Below are positions 7,086-16,622 of a DNA stretch of 32,000 bases, piece by piece. The notes under the pieces are model-generated. The model was not told the origin of the DNA and searched no databases. It was given only the letters and a program-made list of their open reading frames with translations. The position numbers and the translations under genes are program-made. This DNA comes from Candidatus Nanoarchaeia archaeon (GTDB taxonomy: Archaea; Nanobdellota; Nanobdellia; Woesearchaeales; JANQNC01): NCBI GenBank assembly GCA_028279745.1, contig JANQNC010000001.1, forward strand, positions 690,001-722,000, read 5' to 3'. How positions within the stretch are numbered: the first letter of the stretch is position 1; the number at the start of each line of letters is the position of its first letter.

Positions 7086-8051
7086 ATGACACAGAAATCA
7101 GAGATTTCTGGCACCACCGACGTGGTGAAAGAAATAAAAGAAAAGGTGGAAGCAGTCCTATTCGCAGTAGGAAGAAAGATAGACCTAGAAGAAATATCAA
7201 AAATAACCCATGTTGAAGACAAGACAAAAATAGAAGAAGCTTTGAAAGAACTACAACAAGACTATTCTAAACGAGAAGGATCGATCTCTCTAGTACAACA
7301 AGGCACGTACTGGAAAATGGGTGTCGCAGATGCACACATACCAACAGTACAAGACATAATAAGCGAGACAGAGCTAGACAAACAAACAATGGAAACATTA
7401 GCAGTTATCGCTTACAAAGCACCAGTACTACAATCAGAAGTAATCAAGATAAGAACAAACAAAGCATACGATCACTTGAAATTATTAGAAGAGATGGGAT
7501 ACATAACGCGAGAGGTAAGCGGCAGGACAAGACTGATAAAGTTAAGCCAGTACTTCTTCAAATATTTTGATGTTCCTTCCGACAACATGAAAAATATGTT
7601 CAACGATGTAAAAGAAGCTGAAGAAGCAGTAGAACAAAAAGAAGAAGAACTAAAAGAGATAAAAGAGCAAGTTAAAGAACTAGAAAAACAAAAGAAAAAA
7701 GAACAGAAAGAAGAGAAAAAAGAAGAAAAAACACAAGAAGAAGCAGTTGCAGAAGTAGAAAATGAGCTAATGGAAGAAGGAATAATCCAAGAGATAGAAA
7801 AAGAGGAAGAGAAAAAAGAAGCTTATGAACTTGAGTTAGAAGAACAAGACAAGATCGAAAAAGAAAAACAAAAACTGAAAAAAGAAAAAGAGAAACGGAA
7901 ACAAGAACGAGAAGCTAAGAGAGCTGAGAAAGAAGCAGCTCAACCAGACAGTGGAGAACTTGGTGAAGAAGAAAAAGGAGATAAAACAGAAGTAGAAGAA
8001 AGCAAAGAAGTTAAAGACGCGCAAGAAAAATCTGAACACCCCTCAAAATAA
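7086..8051 (+). CDS. scpB: segregation and condensation protein B (ScpB) with a long Lys/Glu-rich C-terminal tail
   Basis: 'VEAVLFAVGRKIDLEEISKI', 'LVQQGTYWKM', 'METLAVIAYKAPVLQSEVIKIRT..AYDHLKLLEEMGYI' match the two ScpB winged-helix domains. From about aa 175 onward the sequence is K/E low complexity. Confidence 0.8.
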   Translation: MTQKSEISGTTDVVKEIKEKVEAVLFAVGRKIDLEEISKITHVEDKTKIEEALKELQQDYSKREGSISLVQQGTYWKMGVADAHIPTVQDIISETELDKQTMETLAVIAYKAPVLQSEVIKIRTNKAYDHLKLLEEMGYITREVSGRTRLIKLSQYFFKYFDVPSDNMKNMFNDVKEAEEAVEQKEEELKEIKEQVKELEKQKKKEQKEEKKEEKTQEEAVAEVENELMEEGIIQEIEKEEEKKEAYELELEEQDKIEKEKQKLKKEKEKRKQEREAKRAEKEAAQPDSGELGEEEKGDKTEVEESKEVKDAQEKSEHPSK

Positions 8052-8082
8052 AACCAAAAAATAGTTTATTCCCAAACTAAAA

Positions 8083-8889
8083 ATGTTAACAAAAAGAAAG
8101 AAAATAGCAAAAACACTAAGAAAACTGCATCTTGCAATACACAAACCTGTAAAAAGAAAAACTAAAACCCCTCTTTTCATATTTGGCTGTCCGAGATCAG
8201 GAACAAACATGCTAACCTTCACGATCGCAAAAGATAAAAGAATTGAACTATATCTTTATACCGATGAAGAAGCATTTTCAGACTTTAGACTAAAAAACAA
8301 AAAAACAATCGACAGGTTGATTGATAAAAGCAACGCTCAACTAATCGTATTTAAGTCTATATTAAACAGCCAAAACGCAAAAGAGATCCTTGAAACATAC
8401 CCCAACTCAAAAGCAATCTGGATTTATAGGAACTATAAAGATGTTGTGAACTCAATGATAATCCAGTTTCCAGATGATAAACCCATAGAAGAGATAATAG
8501 AAGGTAAACAAAGCTGGAAAACAGAAAAAATATCAATAAAAGACAGAAACGAACTGAAAAAGATCTGCAACACCAAACTAAACGAACATGAAAAAAGGAG
8601 TCTCTTTTGGATAATAAGAAACAATCTGTTATACAAAGATAAAATTGAAAAGAGCAGTAAATTGTTCCTTACAGAATATGAAGAACTAGTTAATAATCCA
8701 AAAAAAGAAATGGAAAGAATATTCAATTTTTTGGGGTTGACCTTTAATCCGAGAATCACAAAAGAAATACATACCCGATCAATTAAAAAAAATAAGTTTC
8801 CAAAGATTAAAGAAGAAATAAGAAGAGAATGTGAAAAACTAATGGAAAAACTGAAAAAAACAAGAGCTAAAAAACTAAAAGATGAATAA
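8083..8889 (+). CDS. PAPS-dependent sulfotransferase family protein
   Basis: 5'-phosphosulfate-binding loop 'FIFGCPRSGTNML' and a 3'-phosphate-binding-like 'IYRNYKDVVNS'. Confidence 0.75.
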   Translation: MLTKRKKIAKTLRKLHLAIHKPVKRKTKTPLFIFGCPRSGTNMLTFTIAKDKRIELYLYTDEEAFSDFRLKNKKTIDRLIDKSNAQLIVFKSILNSQNAKEILETYPNSKAIWIYRNYKDVVNSMIIQFPDDKPIEEIIEGKQSWKTEKISIKDRNELKKICNTKLNEHEKRSLFWIIRNNLLYKDKIEKSSKLFLTEYEELVNNPKKEMERIFNFLGLTFNPRITKEIHTRSIKKNKFPKIKEEIRRECEKLMEKLKKTRAKKLKDE

Positions 8890-9037
8890 AACATTCCTGC
8901 TAATGTGCCCGAAATGCGGCAACAAAATGAAGTACCAAACAGACAACCCAACAGGGAAGAAAAAACGGTGCGTTTATTGTGGTAAATCATTCACAGTACA
9001 CACACCACAAAAAACACAAATCTTAAGGCAAATATAG
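8882..9037 (+). CDS. small zinc-ribbon protein (51 aa), absent from the supplied ORF track
   Basis: MNKTFLLMCPKCGNKMKYQTDNPTGKKKRCVYCGKSFTVHTPQKTQILRQI has CPxCG...CxYCG knuckles. Its ATG overlaps the sulfotransferase stop (ATGAATAA). Confidence 0.5.
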   Translation: MNKTFLLMCPKCGNKMKYQTDNPTGKKKRCVYCGKSFTVHTPQKTQILRQI

Positions 9038-9166
9038 GCGTTCTAAAGCCCTTTAAAAGAAGCGTGAAATAGCCAAATTTAATACTTAGAGAGCCTGAGA
9101 AGGTGTTTTATAATAGGAAGATATATAAAGGAGAGCGCATTTTGTTTATATAGAAAAAGACGTAAA

Positions 9167-11683
9167 ATGGACCCAAATTCTGACGAAAAAAAGGACATGG
9201 AAAACACACAAGAAACAGCTCAAAATAATGATAATTCTAAGAAGAAAGAGCTCATAAAAGATAGAGAGATAGAGGAAGAGATGAAATCTTCATACCTTGA
9301 TTATGCAATGTCAGTAATAGTATCAAGAGCACTGCCAGATGCAAGAGATGGGTTAAAACCAGTACACAGAAGGATACTATATGCAATGCATGATATGGGC
9401 ATGCTGCATAACAAGCCGTTCAAAAAAAGCGCAAGGATCGTAGGGGAATGTTTAGGTAAGTACCACCCACACGGCGATTCTGCAGTTTATGATTCTATGG
9501 TGAGGATGGCACAAGAATTCTCACTAAGATACCCACTAGTACATGGACAAGGAAACTTCGGAAGCATAGACGGAGATAACGCAGCGGCAATGAGATATAC
9601 AGAAGCAAGAATGCAAAAGATAGCAGAAGAGATGCTTCAAGACATAGACAAAAACACAGTAGAATTTGTCCCTAATTTCGACGGAAGCTTAAAAGAACCG
9701 TCAGTAATGCCATCAAAATTTCCAAACCTATTGGCAAATGGAAGTTCGGGGATTGCTGTGGGGATGGCAACAAACATTCCACCACACAACATGGCAGAAA
9801 TACTAGATGGTGTGATGGCTTACATAGAAAATCCAGAAATAGAAATCGTAGAACTGATGAGGCTAGTTAAAGGGCCTGACTTCCCAACGGGCGCAACAAT
9901 CTGCGGAAGAGCAGGAATCAAAAGAGCGTATCAAACAGGAAAAGGACATCTAAGAGTAAGAGCAAAAACAGAAATAGAAGAAGGAAAGAAAAACAAAATT
10001 ATAGTTAAAGAAATCCCCTACCAAGTAAACAAATCTTTATTGATAGAAGAGATTGCAGACCTTGTCCGAGATAAAAAGATCAATGGGATAAGCGACATCA
10101 GGGATGAGAGTGACAGAACAGGAATGAGAATAGTTATCGTTCTAAAGAAAGACGAAAGCCCAGAAATAATCCTAAACCAACTATACAAGCACAGCAGACT
10201 ACAAACAACATTTGGAATCAATATGCTTGCACTAGTTAACAACGAACCAAAAGTTCTAAACCTAAAACAAGCAATAACCCAATTCGTAAAACATAGACAA
10301 ATCGTAGTGAGAAGAAGAACAGAATTTGAGCTGGACAAAGCAGAAAAAAGAGCACACATCTTAGAAGGATTAATCATTGCACTTAATGACATAGATAACG
10401 CGATCGAATTAATCAAGAAATCCAAAACAGCAGAAGAAGCAAGAAAAGGATTAATGTCCCAATACACATTAACAGAGATACAAGCACAAGCAATTCTAGA
10501 CATGAAGTTACAAAGACTTACAAACCTAGAACAAGACAAAATAAGAAACGAACAACAAGAACTAATCAAGTTAATAGGAGAACTAAAAGCAATACTTGCA
10601 GACGAACAAAAAATACTAGACATAATCAAAAAAGAAAGTGAAGAGCTAAAAAACAAATATGGAGATGAAAGAAGAACAGTAATTGAAGAAGCAGAAACAG
10701 ACGACATAGAAACTGAGGACCTGATAAAAGAAGAAGATATGGTCGTTACAGTAAGCCATGCAGGATACATCAAAAGACTACCAATCGACACATACAAACA
10801 ACAAAGAAGAGGTGGCAAGGGCATTATTGGAGCAACCACCAAAGAAGAAGACTGGATAGAAAACTTATTCATTGCAAACACACACGCTTACCTACTATTC
10901 TTTACAGACAAAGGACAAGTATACTGGCTAAAAGTATACTCAATACCTGAAGCATCAAGACAAGCAAAAGGAAAAGCAATCGTTAATTTGATCAATTTGA
11001 AAGCAGATGAAAAAATAACTGCAATCCTACCCGTAAAAGACTTTGATCCAGAAAAATACATAGTGATGGCAACAAAACAAGGAGTCATAAAGAAAACAAA
11101 CTTATCAGCATACTCCAAACCAAGACAAGGCGGCATAATCGCAATCAATCTAGACTCTGGAGATACACTAGTTGGCGCAATGATAACAGACGGATATCAA
11201 AAAATAATGCTAACAACACAAAACGGGATAGCAGTTAAGTTTGACGAATCCGAAGCAAGACCTGTAGGAAGAGCTAGCAGAGGAAGCAGAGGAATCAACT
11301 TACGAGAAGGAGACAAAGTAATTGGGCTAGTAAGAGGACAGGACGAAAAGACACTATTTACAATCACCGAAAATGGTTATGGAAAAAGAACTAAAATCCT
11401 GGAGTACAGACAGGTCGGAAGAGGAAGTAAAGGAGTCATCAATATAATCTGCTCAGAAAGAAACGGGAAAGCAGTAGCAACAAGATCGATAACAGATGAT
11501 GACGAGTTAGTATTAACAACACAAAAAGGAATCACAATAAGAATACCTGCACACCAAATCAGCACAATAGGCAGAAACACACAAGGAATGAGAATAATGA
11601 AACTCTCTCATGGAGACAAAGCAGCAGCTGCAGCAAAAATAGTCTCAGAAGAAAAAGAAGAAGTAGAAGAATCAGAAGAATAA
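9167..11683 (+). CDS. gyrA: DNA gyrase subunit A
   Basis: '[32 protein letters not shown]', catalytic-Tyr block '[10 protein letters not shown]', '[17 protein letters not shown]', and C-terminal beta-pinwheel repeats. M11 (9197) is a possible alternative start. Confidence 0.97.
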   Translation: MDPNSDEKKDMENTQETAQNNDNSKKKELIKDREIEEEMKSSYLDYAMSVIVSRALPDARDGLKPVHRRILYAMHDMGMLHNKPFKKSARIVGECLGKYHPHGDSAVYDSMVRMAQEFSLRYPLVHGQGNFGSIDGDNAAAMRYTEARMQKIAEEMLQDIDKNTVEFVPNFDGSLKEPSVMPSKFPNLLANGSSGIAVGMATNIPPHNMAEILDGVMAYIENPEIEIVELMRLVKGPDFPTGATICGRAGIKRAYQTGKGHLRVRAKTEIEEGKKNKIIVKEIPYQVNKSLLIEEIADLVRDKKINGISDIRDESDRTGMRIVIVLKKDESPEIILNQLYKHSRLQTTFGINMLALVNNEPKVLNLKQAITQFVKHRQIVVRRRTEFELDKAEKRAHILEGLIIALNDIDNAIELIKKSKTAEEARKGLMSQYTLTEIQAQAILDMKLQRLTNLEQDKIRNEQQELIKLIGELKAILADEQKILDIIKKESEELKNKYGDERRTVIEEAETDDIETEDLIKEEDMVVTVSHAGYIKRLPIDTYKQQRRGGKGIIGATTKEEDWIENLFIANTHAYLLFFTDKGQVYWLKVYSIPEASRQAKGKAIVNLINLKADEKITAILPVKDFDPEKYIVMATKQGVIKKTNLSAYSKPRQGGIIAINLDSGDTLVGAMITDGYQKIMLTTQNGIAVKFDESEARPVGRASRGSRGINLREGDKVIGLVRGQDEKTLFTITENGYGKRTKILEYRQVGRGSKGVINIICSERNGKAVATRSITDDDELVLTTQKGITIRIPAHQISTIGRNTQGMRIMKLSHGDKAAAAAKIVSEEKEEVEESEE

Positions 11684-11689
11684 ATATTT

Positions 11690-13522
11690 CTAAATCACAT
11701 CATTACTAGCTAAATAATCATAGATCTTATCTACAGACTCTTGAACGCTCAGCTTAGAAGTGTCAACTGTGATCTCGGGGTTCTTAGGCGCTTCATACGG
11801 AGCAGAAACCCCTGTGAACTCTTTAATCTCGCCCTTCCTCGCTTTCTTGTATAACCCTTTAGGATCTCTCTTTTCACATTCATCGATAGCACATTTAACA
11901 AACACTTCAATAAAGTCATCACCCAACCTATTCCTGACAATATTCCTATCTTTTGTGTAAGGTGATATGAATGCTGCTAACGTAATCAAACCAGAGTCCA
12001 CAAATAAGGTTCCAACTTCACCGATCCTTCGGATATTTTCTATCCTATCCATCTCAGAAAATCCTAAATCCTTGTTTAAGCCGTGCCTTACATTATCACC
12101 ATCAAGAACATAAACCATCTTGCCTTCTTGAATCAGTTTTTTCTGTAACGCAACCGCAACAGTACTTTTACCACTACCTGAAAGTCCAGTAAACCAGATC
12201 ATCTTAGATCTATGACCTAAAATCTTAGATCTTTCTTCTCTTGTAATCTCCCGATCATGCCAAACAACATTCCTCTTATCTTCAACAAAACCGGTAATTA
12301 TCCCTCCCCCCGCAATATCATAATCATCGACAATGACAAATCTTCCTGAAGCGTTTATCTCACTAAACATATCGAAAGCAGCGCTCGACTTACACTCTAA
12401 GAGACATTTTGCAACATCATGCCTGTTAATCTCATTTCGTCTACAACCATCTAAACTAGACGCATCTAACACATCAAAAACTTTTTTTAACCTTACAGGA
12501 ACTTCTAAAGTTCCTAGTTTTAACTTGTACCACCTATCCAGAACCATACTTTCCTTTCCCATCCAGAATATATTTGACTTTATAGAAGAACTAACATAAG
12601 GAGTTCGTTCATCTTTTCTGCACATAACTTCTCCTCTGTTGATGTAAACCTGCTCCTTCAAAGTAAAACCTGTGGAGTGCCCTGCAGAAACTTCAGTTCT
12701 TGTTGAATTCAGACACTCTATACTGCTAACTTCTGAACTTTTGTTAGATGGAAAGAAAACAACCTTGTCACCTACTTTGATAGATCCTGAATCTACCCTG
12801 CCCGCAATTATCCTTCTACTGTCTCCTTTCCTTGTAAACTTGTAAACACCTTGGACAAACATCCTAAAAGGCTTTTCTTCTTCAGACTTTTCTTTTTTGA
12901 ATGAGTCTAAGGAAGATAAGACACTGTTTCCTTCAAACCAAGAAAGACTTTCAGAACCCTTTATTATGTTGTCCCCTTTAAGAGCTGAGATAGGGATGAA
13001 TTCTTTTGGTGTTATTCCCACATTACCAAGAAACTCAGAATAATCAGACTTAATCTTATCAAATACAGACTTACTATAATCAACCAGATCCATCTTATTC
13101 ACACAAACAACTACTTGTTTTATCCCCAGCATAGAAAGCATATAACCGTGCCGTCTTGAATTTTCCTGAATGCCTTCATCAGCGTCAATAATCAATAAAG
13201 CTGCTTCTGCCCTTGCAGCACCAGAGATCATATTCTTCAAAAATTCAATGTGACCTGGCGCATCAATTATGATGTAATCTCTAAGACTGCTTTTGAAAAA
13301 ACACCTGGCAGAATCAATAGTGATCCCTTGACTTTGCTCATCCTTTAATGCATCCAACAAAAAAGCGTATTCAAAAACTTTAGACTCCCTCTTACAGTTT
13401 TCTCTAACTTGATCCAGTTTTCCTTCTGGAAGCGAATTCGTGTCAGCCAGCAATCTACCTATCACTGTGCTTTTACCGTGATCAACATGACCAACAATAA
13501 CAATATTCATCTGCTCTTTCAT
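11690..13522 (-). CDS. cysNC: bifunctional sulfate adenylyltransferase subunit 1 (GTPase CysN) / adenylylsulfate kinase (CysC)
   Basis: GTPase motifs 'GHVDHGKST', 'DAPGH', 'NKMD'. C-terminal APS kinase P-loop '[11 protein letters not shown]' and '[17 protein letters not shown]'. Confidence 0.93.
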   Translation of the reverse strand: MKEQMNIVIVGHVDHGKSTVIGRLLADTNSLPEGKLDQVRENCKRESKVFEYAFLLDALKDEQSQGITIDSARCFFKSSLRDYIIIDAPGHIEFLKNMISGAARAEAALLIIDADEGIQENSRRHGYMLSMLGIKQVVVCVNKMDLVDYSKSVFDKIKSDYSEFLGNVGITPKEFIPISALKGDNIIKGSESLSWFEGNSVLSSLDSFKKEKSEEEKPFRMFVQGVYKFTRKGDSRRIIAGRVDSGSIKVGDKVVFFPSNKSSEVSSIECLNSTRTEVSAGHSTGFTLKEQVYINRGEVMCRKDERTPYVSSSIKSNIFWMGKESMVLDRWYKLKLGTLEVPVRLKKVFDVLDASSLDGCRRNEINRHDVAKCLLECKSSAAFDMFSEINASGRFVIVDDYDIAGGGIITGFVEDKRNVVWHDREITREERSKILGHRSKMIWFTGLSGSGKSTVAVALQKKLIQEGKMVYVLDGDNVRHGLNKDLGFSEMDRIENIRRIGEVGTLFVDSGLITLAAFISPYTKDRNIVRNRLGDDFIEVFVKCAIDECEKRDPKGLYKKARKGEIKEFTGVSAPYEAPKNPEITVDTSKLSVQESVDKIYDYLASNDVI

Positions 13523-13523
13523 G

Positions 13524-14429
13524 TTACATGTAACCCTCTTTTCTTAAAGTCTCTAAACCCCCATCTTCTTTATCTTGGGCCCTGCCAGAACGTTCAGCGA
13601 TGTTGGAAAACTTACCTGATTCCAACTCTTTAACTATCTCACTTACGGTCTTTGCATCAGAATCTATTGGATTTGTACATGGGTAACAACCAAGAGACCT
13701 GTACCTTTTGCCGTTCTTACTCAAATAAAGCTCAGTTATAGGAATCTTTTCTCTCTCAATGTATTTCCAGATATCAAGTTCAGTCCAATCAAGCAAAGGA
13801 TGTATCCTTATGTGTGTGCCCGGAGCAAAATCTGTCTTAAACTGGTTCCAAAGCTCGGGGGGCTGATCTCCAACATCCCAGTCATTATTCTTATCCCTGG
13901 GTGAAAAATATCTTTCCTTAGACCTGCTGCCCTCCTCGTCAGACCTAACGCCCACAATAACCCCTGTGTAAGGCTCTTTATTTTCATCCAAAATGTATTC
14001 CTTCTTATTATGATCAAGTCTGTACCTGTCCCACTCACCTGAAAGAGTATTTCTTAAAGCTTCAGTCTTAAGATTCTTACAACAAACTAATCTATTAACA
14101 TTGCCATCAGGAAAAGTTTGTTTATCGTTTAATGCGGCTTTGTTTTGGCCAACCACCATGTTAACCTTAAGCTTCAAAGCCAATTTATCTCTGTACTTGA
14201 TCATCTCAGGAATCTTATAACTAGTATCAACATGAACCAAAGGAAAAGGAACATGATTAAAGAAAGCTTTTCTTGCCAACCACAAAAGAACAGTGCTATC
14301 TTTACCAATAGACCACAACATACATAAGTTGCCGAACTTACTGTATGCTTCCCTTAAAATATAGATAGACTGACTTTCTAACTCATCTAAACGGTCCAAG
14401 ATAATACCACCAAGTCTGGAAAAAATCAA
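13524..14429 (-). CDS. cysD: sulfate adenylyltransferase subunit 2
   Basis: '[43 protein letters not shown]' aligns with the E. coli CysD N-terminus and PP-loop. The start is non-ATG: TTG at 14429, or TTG at 14399 preceded by GGTGG. Stop lies 1 nt before the cysNC start. Confidence 0.9.
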   Translation of the reverse strand: MIFSRLGGIILDRLDELESQSIYILREAYSKFGNLCMLWSIGKDSTVLLWLARKAFFNHVPFPLVHVDTSYKIPEMIKYRDKLALKLKVNMVVGQNKAALNDKQTFPDGNVNRLVCCKNLKTEALRNTLSGEWDRYRLDHNKKEYILDENKEPYTGVIVGVRSDEEGSRSKERYFSPRDKNNDWDVGDQPPELWNQFKTDFAPGTHIRIHPLLDWTELDIWKYIEREKIPITELYLSKNGKRYRSLGCYPCTNPIDSDAKTVSEIVKELESGKFSNIAERSGRAQDKEDGGLETLRKEGYM

Positions 14430-14483
14430 CTGGTTAATAAAAGTAATCTTTCTTATTTAAAGAGAAAAAGTAATAAAAAAAAA

Positions 14484-14759
14484 TTATTCAGCAGTGTCTT
14501 CTTCTTCGTTGTAAGACGGAACTGCTGCTTTACTAATAATCATTATGTCACCAATCGCTTTAACAAGCTGGTGCGGCACTATAACTCCTTTAGCTGAACC
14601 TAAAACTTTAGCCAAAAAAGAAGCCTTAGAAGCCTTAACTCTCCACCCGCTTATCTTGTTAGGTGTTAACATAGCTTCCTCAATATCGCCGAAATAATCG
14701 CCTGCGTCAGTAAATACCTTCATATCGTAACATTCCGTTACATTTTTCATCTTTAACAT
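14484..14759 (-). CDS. stand-alone PRC-barrel domain protein
   Basis: 91 aa. 'VFTDAGDYFGDIEEAML..NKISGWRV' and 'GVIVPHQLVKAIGDIMII' follow the PRC-barrel pattern. Confidence 0.7.
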   Translation of the reverse strand: MLKMKNVTECYDMKVFTDAGDYFGDIEEAMLTPNKISGWRVKASKASFLAKVLGSAKGVIVPHQLVKAIGDIMIISKAAVPSYNEEEDTAE

Positions 14760-14766
14760 CTTTATT

Positions 14767-14773
14767 CCCCTCC
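14767..14773 (-). promoter_or_regulatory. Shine-Dalgarno site (GGAGGGG) for the PRC-barrel gene
   Basis: Minus strand reads TAGGAGGGGAATAAAGATG. Confidence 0.55.
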
Positions 14774-14803
14774 TAATTTTAATTGGTATTATAACCAGAA
14801 CAT

Positions 14804-14811
14804 TTTATATA
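14804..14811 (+). promoter_or_regulatory. TATA box (TTTATATA) upstream of the TraB-family gene
   Basis: Exact TTTATATA, 34 nt before the ATG at 14838. Confidence 0.5.
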
Positions 14812-14837
14812 TAAATAGTTTTCTATTCTGTTTAAGA

Positions 14838-15518
14838 ATGAAGCATAAAAACCTAATACTGATAGGAACCAGCCATATAGCAAGACAGTCAATCAATGAA
14901 GTGGCCAAGACAATAGAGGAAGAAGATCCGGACATTGTGGCACTAGAACTAGATAAAGGCAGACTAGTTGGGTTGATTAGTGATAAAAAAAGAGGACCCA
15001 GGCTGCAAGATATTAGGAGAATTGGTTTGAAAGGGTATTTATTTAGTTTAATAGGTGGATATATAGAAGCAAAACTAGGAAAGTATGTAGGAGTTAAACC
15101 TGGCGAGGAAATGGTTACTGCCTTCAGACTAGCGCAGAAGAACAAAAAAAGGGTAGCACTAATTGATCAAGAGATACAAATCACACTAAAACGATTCTCA
15201 AAAGCATTTACATGGAAAGAGAAGTGGCACTTAGTTGTAGATATATTCAAAGGGATATTTTCAAAAAAACACAGGATCAAATTTGATTTGACAAAAGTGC
15301 CTGATAAAAAAATGATAAAAAAAATGATAGACCAAGTAAAAGAAAGATACCCTTCACTGTACAAAGTGTTAGTTGAAGAAAGAAATGAAGTGATGGCAAA
15401 AAATCTGCATCACTTAATGGGTAAATTTGAAGGTGAAAAAATAGTTGCTGTCGTGGGAGCAGGACACGAAAAAGAGATGATCGATATAATAAAGAAATTA
15501 GAAAAGCAAGACTTATAA
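14838..15518 (+). CDS. TraB/PrgY/Tiki-superfamily protein
   Basis: 'LILIGTSHIARQS', 'PDIVALELD..R', 'VAVVGAGHEKEM' match the TraB family signature blocks. Confidence 0.8.
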   Translation: MKHKNLILIGTSHIARQSINEVAKTIEEEDPDIVALELDKGRLVGLISDKKRGPRLQDIRRIGLKGYLFSLIGGYIEAKLGKYVGVKPGEEMVTAFRLAQKNKKRVALIDQEIQITLKRFSKAFTWKEKWHLVVDIFKGIFSKKHRIKFDLTKVPDKKMIKKMIDQVKERYPSLYKVLVEERNEVMAKNLHHLMGKFEGEKIVAVVGAGHEKEMIDIIKKLEKQDL

Positions 15519-15541
15519 ACTCAAAAAACAAGGTAAATAAT

Positions 15542-16282
15542 ATGAGAAGATCGGTAGGACATAACTTCAAAAAATATTTCACATTTGATCAAAAAGAGAT
15601 AAGAGACATAATAATAACAGTTCTAGTAATAGGGTTCATATTCAGCTTCAAAGAATGGGGAGAAGAAACCTTCGACATGATAGTTGGGTTACAAAACTTG
15701 TTTAACTCAATCGTTATCGTAGGTTTAGCATTCTTAGTGCATGAAGCAGCACACAAAGGGTTTGCGATAGGAAAAGGTTATGAAGCAAAGTACAGAATGT
15801 GGTTTCCTGGATTAATGATAGGATTATTAGTTACTGTACTGTCAAATGGTGAGCTGTTCTTTTTGGCTCCAGGGTTCGTAATGATAAACGCAATATCATT
15901 CCACAGAGTAGGACATTACAAACCATTCTTGACGTATAAAGACAACGCAATAATATCTTATGTCGGGCCTTTGGCGAATATTGTGTTGGGGTTATTGTTT
16001 AAGGTGTTAGGTTCATTCCCTCTGATAAATGAATCATTAGTTATGAAAGCGATGATAATAAATGCGTGGCTGGCTGTGTTTAACATATTACCAATCCCAC
16101 CTTTAGATGGAAGCAAAGTGTTCTTCGGATCCAGACTGTTTTACTTCTTCGGAGCAGGATTTATAGTTGCTGCAGCAATACTGATGTTTGTAGCGAGTAC
16201 ATTGACTACAATACTGGCTTCAATTGCACTTGCATTAGTTACACTGGGAATAGGCTATTTCACACTAGAAAAAGGAAAATAA
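15542..16282 (+). CDS. site-2 protease family (peptidase M50) membrane metalloprotease
   Basis: HExxH within a TM helix ('LVHEAAHK'). Second signature 'AVFNILPIPPLDGSKVF'. Multiple TM helices. Confidence 0.8.
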   Translation: MRRSVGHNFKKYFTFDQKEIRDIIITVLVIGFIFSFKEWGEETFDMIVGLQNLFNSIVIVGLAFLVHEAAHKGFAIGKGYEAKYRMWFPGLMIGLLVTVLSNGELFFLAPGFVMINAISFHRVGHYKPFLTYKDNAIISYVGPLANIVLGLLFKVLGSFPLINESLVMKAMIINAWLAVFNILPIPPLDGSKVFFGSRLFYFFGAGFIVAAAILMFVASTLTTILASIALALVTLGIGYFTLEKGK

Positions 16283-16283
16283 A

Positions 16284-16622
16284 ATGGGAAAAGACATAAC
16301 AGACTTTGTAGACTCTTTGAAACCTTCAACTAACTGGGTAGAAATCAGCATGATTGTACTTTTAGTTGTTGGACTATTTGTTTCCTTATTAATGAAAGAT
16401 GCAATGACAAGTTATGTCGTTATATTTCTGATTGGGATAATAAGTGGGAGGACAGTCTATAAAAAATTAAACTCGTTACAATCATACCTGTTAATATTTG
16501 CAGGGTTTGTTGTAGGATATATTTTAGGTGTAAGATATGGAAGTGTTTTCCTGAATATCATTTTCTTTATTTTAGGTAATGCAGTTAGTTTTATGCTGCA
16601 CAAGAAACAGATAATTGATTAA
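16284..16622 (+). CDS. small integral membrane protein (3-4 TM), unknown function
   Basis: 112 aa. Starts 1 nt after the M50 stop. Hydrophobic segments 'ISMIVLLVVGLFVSLL', 'VVIFLIGIISG', 'LLIFAGFVVGYILG', 'FLNIIFFILGNAVSFML'. Confidence 0.55.
   Translation: MGKDITDFVDSLKPSTNWVEISMIVLLVVGLFVSLLMKDAMTSYVVIFLIGIISGRTVYKKLNSLQSYLLIFAGFVVGYILGVRYGSVFLNIIFFILGNAVSFMLHKKQIID

Noticed and set aside
7608-8048. Repeat-like AAG/GAA-rich DNA (also 29248-29526 and 30126-30308) considered as a tandem repeat or CRISPR-like array
   Set aside because: There is no unit of constant length and no repeat-spacer periodicity. These are in-frame low-complexity Lys/Glu coding tails of scpB, rpl22 and rps3.
8433-8990. 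185-aa ORF antisense to the sulfotransferase and the zinc-ribbon gene
   Set aside because: Phe/Ser/Leu-rich mirror image of a Lys/Glu-rich sense frame. The sense frame carries the PAPS-binding motifs.
10018-10881. 287-aa ORF antisense to gyrA (also 10888..11148 and 11377..11580)
   Set aside because: It lies entirely inside the unambiguous gyrA frame. The translation is Ser/Leu/Ile/Phe/Cys low complexity with no motif. It is a typical shadow ORF of a purine-rich, stop-poor antisense strand.
9167-11683. Possible intein or split in gyrA, and an adjacent gyrB
   Set aside because: At 838 aa with contiguous conserved blocks, there is no room for an intein. No gyrB-like ATPase motifs occur in the flanking genes, so gyrB must lie elsewhere.
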